Assembly (NCBI GenBank): GCA_965140785.1
Contig: OZ223497.1
Coordinates: 32,001 to 96,000, forward strand
DNA: 64,000 bases
Reading direction: 5' to 3'
Origin: an uncultured Ruficoccus sp.
Lineage (GTDB): Bacteria > Verrucomicrobiota > Verrucomicrobiia > Opitutales > Cerasicoccaceae
Within the stretch, counting starts at the first letter, position 1; every line of letters begins with the position of its first letter. Of this stretch, positions 10,076 to 19,648 are shown piece after piece. Under the pieces are notes generated by a model that made no database searches, was not told the DNA's origin, and saw only the letters and a program-made list of their open reading frames with translations. The translations under genes were made by a program, and so were the position numbers.

Positions 10076-10684
10076 ATGTCCCCCAGCCAACCCGAGCATC
10101 TTTACCCGCAGTTCGAGCGGATGTTGTCCCGCCAGGAGCGCCAGGAGCGCCTGGGACAGCGTTCGCACGTGTTCTGGCTCTACGGGCTCTCCGGTTCGGG
10201 AAAAAGCACCCTGGCCATCGCCTTGGAAAAGGCCCTCTTTGCGCAGGGGCGGGTCGTGCAGGTGCTCGACGGGGATAATATCCGCGCCGGCCTGAACAGC
10301 AACCTGGGCTTCAGCGACGAGGATCGGCTGGAGAATATCCGCCGCATCGCGCACGTGGCCCGTCTCTACGCCGACTCCGGCCTCATCGTGATCACGTCTT
10401 TTATTACGCCGCGCGAGGAGCTGCGCGAAATGGCCCGCGACATCATCGGAGCCGAGGATTTCTCCGGGATCTACGTCAAAGCCTCGTTCGAGACCTGCGC
10501 CGAGCGCGACCCCAAGGGCCTCTACGCCAAGGTCAAGGCCGGCCAGGTCAAGCAGTTCACCGGCAAGGATTCCGGTTTCGAGGAGCCCGTCGCCCCGGAG
10601 CTGCTGATCGATACCGAAAAGGAAACCGTCGAGCAGAGCCTGGAAGGCCTGCTCGCCTATGCCGCCCCGAGGGTCACGCTTTGA
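10076..10684 (+). CDS. cysC: Adenylyl-sulfate kinase
   Basis: GLSGSGKST P-loop, LDGDNIR, RDPKGLY, FTG. Confidence 0.95.
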   Translation: MSPSQPEHLYPQFERMLSRQERQERLGQRSHVFWLYGLSGSGKSTLAIALEKALFAQGRVVQVLDGDNIRAGLNSNLGFSDEDRLENIRRIAHVARLYADSGLIVITSFITPREELREMARDIIGAEDFSGIYVKASFETCAERDPKGLYAKVKAGQVKQFTGKDSGFEEPVAPELLIDTEKETVEQSLEGLLAYAAPRVTL

Positions 10685-10721
10685 ACGGCCCGAACTGAGC
10701 CGCACATCCCCGCTCCGTCCT

Positions 10722-10767
10722 CAACTCTCAAACGGTCAAACTTTCAAACTTTCAAACTTTCAAACTT
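10722..10767 (+). repeat. 8-nt period tandem repeat (CAAACTTT)n
   Basis: caactctcaaacggtcaaactttcaaactttcaaactttcaaactt; a related tract occurs at 30164-30211. Confidence 0.85.
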
Positions 10768-10780
10768 CCCCGCGTTTCCC

Positions 10781-11692
10781 ATGCACACCTACCGTGTCAC
10801 TCACCTCAAGCAACTCGAAGCCGAGTCGATCTACGTCTTGCGCGAGTTCGCCGCTCAGTTCGAAAAACCGGTCCTGCTCTTTTCCGGGGGCAAGGACTCC
10901 ATCGTCATGGCCTGGCTGGCCCGCAAGGCCTTCTGGCCGGCGCGCATGCCGTTTCCGCTCATGCACGTGGACACCGGCCATAATTTCGCCGAGACGATGG
11001 AGTACCGGGACAAGTTCATCGCGGACATCCGGGCGGACCTGATCGTGGCCTCCGTGCAGGAGTCCATCGACAAGGGCCGGGTGGTCGAGGAAAAGGGCGC
11101 CAAGGCCAGTCGCAACGGCCTGCAGACCGTCACGCTGCTCGACGCGCTGGAGCAGCACGCCTTTGACGCTGCCCTCGGCGGTGGCCGCCGCGACGAGGAA
11201 AAGGCCCGTGCCAAGGAGCGCTTCTTCTCGCACCGCGACGAGTTCGGCCAGTGGGACCCGAAGAACCAGCGCCCGGAGCTGTGGAACATCTTTAACGGTC
11301 GCAAGCTCCACGGGGAGCATTTCCGGGTCTTCCCGCTGTCCAATTGGACCGAGATGGACATCTGGCAGTACATCAAGCAGGAGAATATCCCGCTGCCGAG
11401 CCTCTACTTCGCCCACCAGCGGGAGGTCTTCGTGCGCGACGGCACCATCCTGGCCAAGACCGACTTCATCAACCTCCTGCCCGAGGAGGAATCCACGCTG
11501 GAAAAGAAGACAGTGCGCTTCCGTACCATCGGGGATGCCACCTGCACCGGCGCTGTTGAGTCGAACGCCGCCACGCTCGACGACATCATCGAGGAGGTCG
11601 CCGCTGCCCGCCAGACCGAACGCGGTGGACGCGCCGACGACCGCCGTTCCGAAACCGCCATGGAGGACCGCAAGAAGCAGGGCTACTTCTAA
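10781..11692 (+). CDS. cysD: Sulfate adenylyltransferase subunit 2
   Basis: LEAESI, SGGKDS, GGGRRDEEKARAKER, WDPKNQRPELW, VRFRT, MEDRKKQGYF. Confidence 0.97.
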   Translation: MHTYRVTHLKQLEAESIYVLREFAAQFEKPVLLFSGGKDSIVMAWLARKAFWPARMPFPLMHVDTGHNFAETMEYRDKFIADIRADLIVASVQESIDKGRVVEEKGAKASRNGLQTVTLLDALEQHAFDAALGGGRRDEEKARAKERFFSHRDEFGQWDPKNQRPELWNIFNGRKLHGEHFRVFPLSNWTEMDIWQYIKQENIPLPSLYFAHQREVFVRDGTILAKTDFINLLPEEESTLEKKTVRFRTIGDATCTGAVESNAATLDDIIEEVAAARQTERGGRADDRRSETAMEDRKKQGYF

Positions 11693-11749
11693 ATCAAGTG
11701 CCCAGGTTCCTGGTGCTTAGTGCTTAGTAAATGATGGGAATGCGTTCCG

Positions 11750-12136
11750 ATGAAAATTACACGCTTCGAAGACATCAAGAGCTGGCAAATGGCCCGGGAA
11801 CTGACGCAGGAAATATATGTTCGAACCCGTCAGGAGAAGTTCTCACGCGATTATGGACTCAAGGATCAACTGCAACGCGCTGCCGCTTCCGTTATGCATA
11901 ATATCGCGGAGGGTTTCGACAGCGGTACGAGGGCCGAGTTTACACGTTTCCTCGGGTATGCGCAACGATCCTCAACCGAGGTTATGAGCGGCCTCTATAT
12001 CGCTTTGGATCAATCCTATATTTCCCCGAACGATTTCGAACTCCTTTATCGCAAAACCCAAGATGTACACGCTTTGATCGGCGGCTTTATCAAATATTTA
12101 AAATCTACGCCCCAGACACCAAGCACTAAGAACTAA
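11750..12136 (+). CDS. Four-helix-bundle protein (23S rRNA IVP / S23 family)
   Basis: [38 protein letters not shown]; lower GC; flanked by inverted 7-mer repeats. Confidence 0.9.
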   Translation: MKITRFEDIKSWQMARELTQEIYVRTRQEKFSRDYGLKDQLQRAAASVMHNIAEGFDSGTRAEFTRFLGYAQRSSTEVMSGLYIALDQSYISPNDFELLYRKTQDVHALIGGFIKYLKSTPQTPSTKN

Positions 12137-12158
12137 GCACACAAACACTTTAAACCCA

Positions 12159-13434
12159 ATGTCAGACGAACGCGGATATTTAGACATGGACCTGCTGCGG
12201 TTTACCACCGCCGGCAGCGTTGACGACGGCAAGAGTACCCTGATCGGGCGCCTGCTTTATGACAGCAAAAACATCTTCGAGGACCAGCTCGAAGCGGTCG
12301 AGACCAGCAGCCGCCAGCATGGGGATGAGGAGGTCAACCTCGCGCTGCTCACGGACGGCCTTCGCGCCGAGCGCGAGCAGGGCATCACCATCGACGTGGC
12401 CTATCGCTACTTCGCCACGCCCAAGCGCAAGTTCATCATCGCCGACACTCCGGGGCACATCCAGTACACCCGCAACATGGTGACGGGCGCCTCTACGGCC
12501 AACCTCGCCATCATCCTCATCGACGCGCGCAAGGGCGTGATCGAGCAGACCTGCCGTCACGCCTTTATCGCCAGTCTGCTGCGTATCCAGCATATCACCG
12601 TCTGCGTGAACAAGATGGACCTGGTGGATTGGGACGAGTCGGTGTACAACAAAATCGTCGAGGACTTTAAGCGCTTCGCCTCACGCCTGGACAGTGTGGT
12701 CGAGGTGACCTTTATCCCCATCAGCGCGCTCAAGGGCGACAACGTGGTGGACAAGTCGCAGCACATGCCATGGTTCCAGGGGGCCGACCCTGCTCTACCA
12801 TTTGGAAACCGTGTATATCGGCTCGGACGCCAACCACGTGGACGCGCGCTTCCCTGTTCAATGGGTCATCCGCCCGCACTCCAAGGAGTACCACGATTTC
12901 CGTGGCTACGCCGGTCGTGTGGCCGGTGGGGTCTTCAAGCCCGGTGACGAAGTCACCGTACTGCCCTCGGGTTTCACCTCCCATATTAAGGGCATTTATA
13001 ACATGGGCGAGGAGCTGGAGGAGGCCTTTAATCCGCAGTCGGTTACGATCACGCTCGATGACGAGATCGACATCAGCCGTGGCGACATGCTGGTCAAGCC
13101 CAACAACCAGCCCGAGGTCGGCCAGGATATCGAGGCGATGATCTGCTGGTTCTCCGATACAAAAAAGCTCGCGGGCCGGGCCAAGTACGTGATGCGCCAC
13201 ACCACCAAGGAGGTCAAGGCGATCGTGAAGGAGATCCGCTACAAGGTGAATATCAACACCCTGCACAAGGTCGAGGACGACCTTGAGTTCAGCCTCAATG
13301 ACATCGGCCGCATCAGCCTGCGCACGTCGAACCCGCTCTTTTACGACAGCTACCAGCGCAACCGCCAGACCGGCAGCTTTGTCCTGATCGACGAGTTTAC
13401 CAACGAGACCGTCGCCGCCGGGATGATCCTCTAG
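12159..13434 (+). pseudogene. cysN: Sulfate adenylyltransferase subunit 1 (GTPase) with a one-base frameshift in the G5 run at 12779-12783 (probably a sequencing error)
   Basis: [37 protein letters not shown]; removing one G restores [14 protein letters not shown] and joins ORF 12802..13434 (RFPVQWV...NETVAAGMI). Confidence 0.9.
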
Positions 13435-13520
13435 AGAACGGCGGGATCGCTGTTCAGCCGCGTATTTATCCAACGTGAATCCACGCCCCGCACTTGCACG
13501 TGCGGGGCGTGTTCGTTTCA

Positions 13521-16500
13521 ATGAGGGATATGTGGCACATCGGCGCAGACACGGGCGGCACTTTTACCGACCTGATCGGACTCAATCCGGCCGGAGGACT
13601 CTGCCGGACGAAGGTGCTCTCCAGCGGTTGCCTGCGTGCACGACTCGTGAAGGCCGAGGGCGTAACCCTCACGTTGGAGGGGCTGCCTGCCATGGCTAGC
13701 GGCATGCTCCAGGGCTTCCGCTTGCGGTCGGCTGGAAACGACGAAGCCGGGGTTGTCGTGGTTTCCCATGACAAAAACCGTATCGAGCTGGAGCGGGAAT
13801 TGCCGGGGCTGGAGTCGGGCCGCCTCGTCGAGTTAGTGACCGGTGAAGAAGCGCCCGTGGTCGGGGCTCGTGTCCTGACCGGCACGCCCGGCGATGAGCC
13901 GCTCCCGCCCATCGCCATGCGACTGGGCACCACCCGCGGCACCAACGCCCTGCTGGAGCGCCGGGGGGCGAAGACGCTTTTCCTCGTGACGAAGGGTTTT
14001 GCGGACCTTTTGACCATCGGCGACCAGCGCCGTCCGGATATATTTGCCCTCGATATCCGCAAGCCGCGTCCGCTCTACGACCACGTGATCGAAGTGGACG
14101 AACGCCTGTGCGCCAACGGGTCGGTCCTGAACGCGCTGGAGGTGGGCGAGGACTTGCGATCTGCTATCCGCCAGGCGCGTGAAGGTGGCTGCGAGGCGGC
14201 GGCGGTAGCGCTGCTGCACAGCTATCGCAACCCGGCCCATGAGGAGAAACTGGGAGAGGTGTTGCGGGAGGAAGGTTTTTCAACCGTTTCGCTTTCCTCG
14301 GCGCTGGCACCCTTTATCAAGCTCGTCCCCCGCGCCCAGACCGCCGTGACCGACGCCTACCTCGGGCCGGTTATGGAGGCGTACCTGAACCGGGTGGAGG
14401 CAGCGATCCCCGACGGACGCCTGCACATTATGACCAGTGCGGGCGGCCTGGTCGGGCGCGGGCAATTCCGCCCCAAGGACAGCCTGCTCAGCGGTCCGGC
14501 TGGCGGCGTGGTCGGGGCGTCCGCCATCGGCCTGCAGACGGGGTTCCGGCGCATCATCGCCTTTGACATGGGCGGCACGAGCACGGACGTCTCGCGCTTT
14601 GACGGAGAGTTCTCCTACCGCGACGTGCAGCGGGTGGGGGACTCGCAGATCGTTGCGCCCGCCCTGAGTATAGAGACGGTGGCCGCCGGAGGCGGCTCCA
14701 TTTGCGGCTACGACGGCCAGTCGCTTTTCGTCGGCCCCGAGAGCGCCGGAGCGCAACCGGGCCCGGCCTGCTACGGGGCGGGCGGTCCGCTCACCCTGAC
14801 CGATGTCAACCTGCTGGCTGGTCGGCTCGATCCGGAGCACTTCGGCATTCCGGTCAGCCCGGCAGATGCCGAGGCGCGACTGGATGAAATCATCGCGGCT
14901 ACCGGCAGCGCGCGCGAAACGCTTTTAGCGGGCTTCCTGAATATCGCTAACGAGCGCATGGCCGACGCCATCCGCGCCATCTCCGTGCGCGAGGGCTACG
15001 ACCCGGCGGACTATGCGCTGGTGGCCTTCGGCGGGGCCGGTGGCCTGCACGCCTGCCCGGTGGCGGAAAACCTCGGCATCGGCACGGTGCTCTTTCCGAA
15101 AAACGCGGGCCTGCTCAGCGCTCACGGCTTGCGCAATGCCCGCATGGAGCGCATCTGCGAAGAGCAGGTCCTCCAGCCACTGGCCGAGGTCGAAGACGAA
15201 TTGGGGAAGCGTTTCGAAACTCTCGCCGCGACAGGCAGCTCACAGCTCGAAGCGGAGGGCATCGCCCCCGAGGAATGCGAGGTGCGCCAGCGCGTGGTCC
15301 TGCTGCGGCTGGCCGGGCAGGAGTCGCCGTTGGAGGTCCCGTGGGAGCCCAAAGTTTCACTGGCGGACGGTTTTTCCGAACGCTACCGACAGGTATTTGG
15401 CTACTGGGAGCCGGGGGGCGCATTGGAGGTGGTCAAACTTCGCGCCGTTGTCGCAACTGCTGCCGAGCACGAAGCAACCGAGTCCTTCACGGAAGCCGAA
15501 TCCGCCTCCGACCAGCCGCGGGTGCTGGCAGACGAGACCGCCACGCTGGTTGTCGATCCGGGTTGGAGCCTGAGACGGGGCCGGGACGGAACGCTCCGGC
15601 TGGAGCGTGAGGCGTATTCAAAAACTGATACATTCGAGGCGGACGAGTTCGTGCGCCGCGAGCTTTTCACCAATCGTTTCCGCCGTGTGGTCGAGGAGAT
15701 GGGCATGCAGCTTCAGCGCACGGCGGTTTCCACCAACGTCAAGGAGCGGCTCGATTATTCCTGTGCGCTGCTCGATGCGCAGGGCGAGCTGATTGCCAAC
15801 GCCCCGCATATCCCGGTCCACCTGGGGGCGCTCGGCCTGTGCGTGCGGCGGGTGGCCGACACGCTGGAGCTGAAGCCGGGCGATCTCGCCATCACCAACC
15901 ATCCGGGTTTCGGCGGCTCACACCTGCCGGATGTCACGGTCATCTCCCCCGTGCATACCGGGGACAAGACTTTGATCGGCTACGTGGCCAGCCGGGCTCA
16001 TCACGCCGAGATCGGCGGTAAACGGCCCGGCTCGATGCCGGTGGACGCGACGAATCTGGCCGAAGAGGGCGTGGTTATTGCTCCGCGCTACCTGATCCGG
16101 GAGGATGGCTCGCGGTTCGAGGCGTTGGAAAAACTCCTGCACGGTGGCCCCTGGCCGAGCCGGGATGTGGCGAACAACCTCGCGGACATTCGCGCTCAGG
16201 TCGCCGCCAACCGGCGCGGGGTGCAAACGCTGCTGGCCATGGCCGAGGAATTCGGGGAAGAACTCGTCGCCCGCCAGATGGACGACCTGAAGGCCTTTTC
16301 CGCTACCGTCATGCGGCAGGCGTTGGCGAAGCTGCTTTCTACCGAACGTTCGGCCCGGCAGGAGCTGGACGACGGCGCGGGGATCGAGGTCGCTTTCACA
16401 CCGGACACGGACGGGGCGGTATGTATTGATTTTTCCGGTACATCGGCGGTGCATCCCGGCAATCTCAACGCCACGCCCGCCATCGTTCACAGTGCTTTGA

Positions 16501-17180
16501 TCTACGTGCTGCGTCTGCTGGTGCAGGAAGACCTTCCGCTCAACGACGGCCTGCTCGCCGGGCTGGACATCTGTCTGCCCGAAGGGATGCTGAACCCCGC
16601 CTTTGGTGACGACCCCGCCCGCGCCCCTGCCGTGATGGGCGGCAATGTCGAGGTCAGTCAGCGTCTGGTCGATACCTTGCTGCTGGCTCTGGGGGGGGCG
16701 GCGTGCAGTCAGGGGACGATGAACAACCTCGTCTTCGGCGACGAGCGTTGCAGCTACTACGAGACTATCGGCGGTGGGGCCGGAGCCGGAGAGGGCTTCG
16801 CCGGGGCCAGTGGCGTCCATGTCCACATGACCAATACCGCCATCACCGATCCGGAGGTGTTCGAGTGGCGCTACCCGGTGCGGCTCTGGCGATTCGCGCT
16901 ACGGAGTGGCTCCGGCGGCGGGGGTAAATGGCGCGGTGGCGACGGACTGGTGCGCGAGATCGAGTTTCTGGAGCCGCTCTCGGTGTCCCTGTTGACGCAG
17001 CGCCGTGCGAGCGGGCCGGAGGGGCTGCAGGGGGGCGGAGCCGGTCAGCCGGGGCGGCAGGTTCTCCGCTCCGGCGATGGGAGCGAGCGTCCCCTCAAGG
17101 CGAGCGATCAGTTCGAGGCGGAGCCGGGCCAGCGCTTGCGGATCGAGACGCCCGGTGGGGGCGGTTTTGGCACAGCTTAG
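13521..17180 (+). CDS. Fused hydantoinase A/B / 5-oxoprolinase family protein
   Basis: DTGGTFTD, GTTRGTNALLER, SGPAGG, DMGGTSTD, VAAGGGS, FGGAGGLHA, VKERLDYSCA, HIPVHLG, QGTMNN, HMTNT, IETPGGGGFG. Confidence 0.92.
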   Translation: MRDMWHIGADTGGTFTDLIGLNPAGGLCRTKVLSSGCLRARLVKAEGVTLTLEGLPAMASGMLQGFRLRSAGNDEAGVVVVSHDKNRIELERELPGLESGRLVELVTGEEAPVVGARVLTGTPGDEPLPPIAMRLGTTRGTNALLERRGAKTLFLVTKGFADLLTIGDQRRPDIFALDIRKPRPLYDHVIEVDERLCANGSVLNALEVGEDLRSAIRQAREGGCEAAAVALLHSYRNPAHEEKLGEVLREEGFSTVSLSSALAPFIKLVPRAQTAVTDAYLGPVMEAYLNRVEAAIPDGRLHIMTSAGGLVGRGQFRPKDSLLSGPAGGVVGASAIGLQTGFRRIIAFDMGGTSTDVSRFDGEFSYRDVQRVGDSQIVAPALSIETVAAGGGSICGYDGQSLFVGPESAGAQPGPACYGAGGPLTLTDVNLLAGRLDPEHFGIPVSPADAEARLDEIIAATGSARETLLAGFLNIANERMADAIRAISVREGYDPADYALVAFGGAGGLHACPVAENLGIGTVLFPKNAGLLSAHGLRNARMERICEEQVLQPLAEVEDELGKRFETLAATGSSQLEAEGIAPEECEVRQRVVLLRLAGQESPLEVPWEPKVSLADGFSERYRQVFGYWEPGGALEVVKLRAVVATAAEHEATESFTEAESASDQPRVLADETATLVVDPGWSLRRGRDGTLRLEREAYSKTDTFEADEFVRRELFTNRFRRVVEEMGMQLQRTAVSTNVKERLDYSCALLDAQGELIANAPHIPVHLGALGLCVRRVADTLELKPGDLAITNHPGFGGSHLPDVTVISPVHTGDKTLIGYVASRAHHAEIGGKRPGSMPVDATNLAEEGVVIAPRYLIREDGSRFEALEKLLHGGPWPSRDVANNLADIRAQVAANRRGVQTLLAMAEEFGEELVARQMDDLKAFSATVMRQALAKLLSTERSARQELDDGAGIEVAFTPDTDGAVCIDFSGTSAVHPGNLNATPAIVHSALIYVLRLLVQEDLPLNDGLLAGLDICLPEGMLNPAFGDDPARAPAVMGGNVEVSQRLVDTLLLALGGAACSQGTMNNLVFGDERCSYYETIGGGAGAGEGFAGASGVHVHMTNTAITDPEVFEWRYPVRLWRFALRSGSGGGGKWRGGDGLVREIEFLEPLSVSLLTQRRASGPEGLQGGGAGQPGRQVLRSGDGSERPLKASDQFEAEPGQRLRIETPGGGGFGTA

Positions 17181-17341
17181 GCAGTGCTTGCACAATAATT
17201 CATGTCGCCTGCTTGGCTGGCTTCCGGTCCGTTTTTCGTGTCCTCGGCTCAGCGAATGCTGATTCGCCTTACCTCGAAGCCCGGAAACGGTCTCAAAACC
17301 AGTCGTCGCAGGCTCGTTCCGTATGTTGAATACACAGCCTA
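17178..17341. mobile_element. MITE-like self-complementary element
   Basis: Ends TAGGCAGTGCTTGCACA / TGTTGAATACACAGCCTA form imperfect TIRs with TA termini; interior also pairs; provides the TAG stop of the upstream gene. Confidence 0.55.
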
Positions 17342-17378
17342 GGCTTGGCAGGCGGAAGGTTTGTGCTATGTTCAAAGG

Positions 17379-18326
17379 ATGCGGCGGACGGCCCTTTTTC
17401 AGCATCCTGATTTTGTGCACCATGAGACGGGGGTGGACCACCCGGAGCGGCTGGAGCGCTACCGTGCCATCATTGATGAGTTGGAGAACTCCCCGCTACA
17501 GCAGCAACTTCAGTGGCGGTTGGCCGATCCGGCGGATATTTCACTCATAGCCGCCAACCACGCCGCCGCCTACATCCGCCATATCGAGGAGGCCAGCCTG
17601 TCCGGTGCGGCTCAGCTGGACAAGGGCGACACGCGCGTCTCGCACGAGTCATACCAGGTGGCGCTGCTGGGGGCCGGAGCGGCGGTGGGCGCCGTGGACG
17701 CGGTCCTGGCGGGCGAGTGCGACAACGCCTTCTGTGCGGTGCGACCGCCCGGCCACCATGCCGAGTGGTCCAAGGCGATGGGCTTTTGCCTGTTTAACAA
17801 TGTAGCTATCGCGGCGCGCCACGCCCTGAACAAGCACGGGCTGAATCGGGTTTTTATTCTGGATTGGGATGTCCATCACGGCAACGGCACCCAGCACAGC
17901 TTTTATGACAACGAGCGGGTTTTCTTTTGCAGCCTGCACCAGTACCCCTTTTATCCCGGCACCGGCGAGGCAGAGGAACGCGGTATCGGCGCGGGGCTTG
18001 GGACGACTCTCAACTTCCCCCTGCCCGCACAGACGAAGGGCGACACCTGCCGGGATATCCTGAAAGGGCCGGTAGCCGAAGCGGTGGCCGGGTTCAAGCC
18101 GGACATGATCCTGGTCTCGGCCGGGTTTGATGCGCACCACCTGGACCCGATGGCATACCTGGAACTGACCGAAGAGGACTTTGGAGCCATGACGCGGACG
18201 GTCTGTGCGCTGGCCGACGAGCACTGCGGGGGGCGCGTGGTCAGTGTATTGGAAGGTGGATACCACCTGAAGGCGCTCGCCGCCTCGACCAAGGCCCACT
18301 TACGGGCGTTGCTGGGGAGCGAGTAA
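17379..18326 (+). CDS. Histone deacetylase family (Zn-dependent amidohydrolase)
   Basis: HPE, RPPGHHA, MGFCLFNN, DWDVHHGNGTQ, SAGFDAH, LEGGY. Confidence 0.93.
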   Translation: MRRTALFQHPDFVHHETGVDHPERLERYRAIIDELENSPLQQQLQWRLADPADISLIAANHAAAYIRHIEEASLSGAAQLDKGDTRVSHESYQVALLGAGAAVGAVDAVLAGECDNAFCAVRPPGHHAEWSKAMGFCLFNNVAIAARHALNKHGLNRVFILDWDVHHGNGTQHSFYDNERVFFCSLHQYPFYPGTGEAEERGIGAGLGTTLNFPLPAQTKGDTCRDILKGPVAEAVAGFKPDMILVSAGFDAHHLDPMAYLELTEEDFGAMTRTVCALADEHCGGRVVSVLEGGYHLKALAASTKAHLRALLGSE

Positions 18327-18652
18327 GCAAGGGAAATCCGGGTGTGCGTCCAGGCCCGCAGCAAGATTTTCCCATTTATTCGTATCGTTTGCATGTCGCC
18401 AGCAGGCCGGGCAACAGCAACGCGCATGCAGGTCTGAGGCTAGCTTAGTTCGTAATAGAAATATACACCGCAAAGACGCAGAGAGCTTCGGCTATGTATT
18501 GCGCGTTATTGTGTTTTTTGTGCCTTTTTGTGGCCATTGATTCATTTTCAACCCCACTAACAGGGCGTGTTCCCCTAGCTTGGGCGATCCTTCCGTGGCC
18601 GATGTGACCCTTCGGGGGGCGTTGAAGGTGTGTTCTAGAAGGTGCTTTCTTG

Positions 18653-19429
18653 TCAAACCCGGCTCAACAGCCCGCGAAGCGTGGCCGCGTCGCGCATGAA
18701 CTGCTGCGGGTCATCGCCGGGGACGAATTCCATCAGGCAGAATCGCTCCCGGTCGGGGCTGTGCGCCAGCTCAAGATAGTCGGTCCAATTTGCCTCACCC
18801 TCGGCCAGCGGATGGCGGATAATTTTGTCGTCCGGTTTGCTCCAGTGGAAGACGTGGAGATTGAGCAGGCGGGGCAGGAGGTGGCGCAGGGCGGTCAAGT
18901 TGTTCTCGCGGGTCTCGCTGATGATGGGTTGCCAGAGGCTGTAAAGGTTGGGGTGGGGGGCCTCCTCCAGCAGACGGATGGCGGAGGCGTCGCAGTCGGT
19001 CAGGGTGTGGGCGTGGTATTCCAGGGCGAGCTTGATCCCGGCTCCGGCGGCCAGCTCGGTACAGCGGGAGGCGTCGGCGGTGACGGCTTGGCGGTCGGCT
19101 TCGGAAATCTCCGCCGAGGCGGTGTTCCCGGCCCATACACGGATGCTGGGCGCGCCCAGCTCGACGGCGGTTTCCAGGACTTGCCCAAAGGCCAGCCCTT
19201 CGCATTCGGAGACGCCGAGCCGGTAGTAGGAGCCGTAGCAGGCACTGCGCAGACCGGCGTCGCTGGTCAGGCGGGCGACCTCGCGGGCGCGGGCGGTGTC
19301 GCCGGGGGGCACGTGAAGATCGCCGCCCCATTCGATGGCCTGAAGTCCGGCTTTGCGGACGAGCTCGGTGATGGCGGGGGGATCGAGTTGGCGGAAAGTG
19401 ACGGAAACGAGTCCGGGTGTGAAGGACAT
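18653..19429 (-). CDS. Sugar phosphate isomerase/epimerase (TIM-barrel, AP endonuclease 2 family)
   Basis: Starts MSFTPGLVSVTFR; IEWGGDLHVP, IRVWAG, LEYH, HVF, MEF; the upstream part of the 478-aa ORF is antisense to the antiporter gene. Confidence 0.85.
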   Translation of the reverse strand: MSFTPGLVSVTFRQLDPPAITELVRKAGLQAIEWGGDLHVPPGDTARAREVARLTSDAGLRSACYGSYYRLGVSECEGLAFGQVLETAVELGAPSIRVWAGNTASAEISEADRQAVTADASRCTELAAGAGIKLALEYHAHTLTDCDASAIRLLEEAPHPNLYSLWQPIISETRENNLTALRHLLPRLLNLHVFHWSKPDDKIIRHPLAEGEANWTDYLELAHSPDRERFCLMEFVPGDDPQQFMRDAATLRGLLSRV

Positions 19430-19648
19430 GCCGCTAGTGTCTCGATCTCCCGCGGTTGTGGCAAACCCGAATGCCAGGCAGGGAGGCGTGACGAGTCCGC
19501 AAAAGTTCTGATTTTGACACTGTGCGGGCAGATTTTCCGTTGCACCGGGCGGGGCTTCGGCCCAGATTTTGCTTACCCCTTGGGCTCGGGGCTGCCCCCG
19601 CGAACCTCTCACCGGCGGCCTGACTGAGCGCCTCAACTTTTCCGCAGT

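Noticed and set aside
11750..12136. Diversity-generating retroelement suggested by the Avd-like fold
   Set aside because: No reverse transcriptase and no TR/VR pair with adenine-specific mismatches in the window
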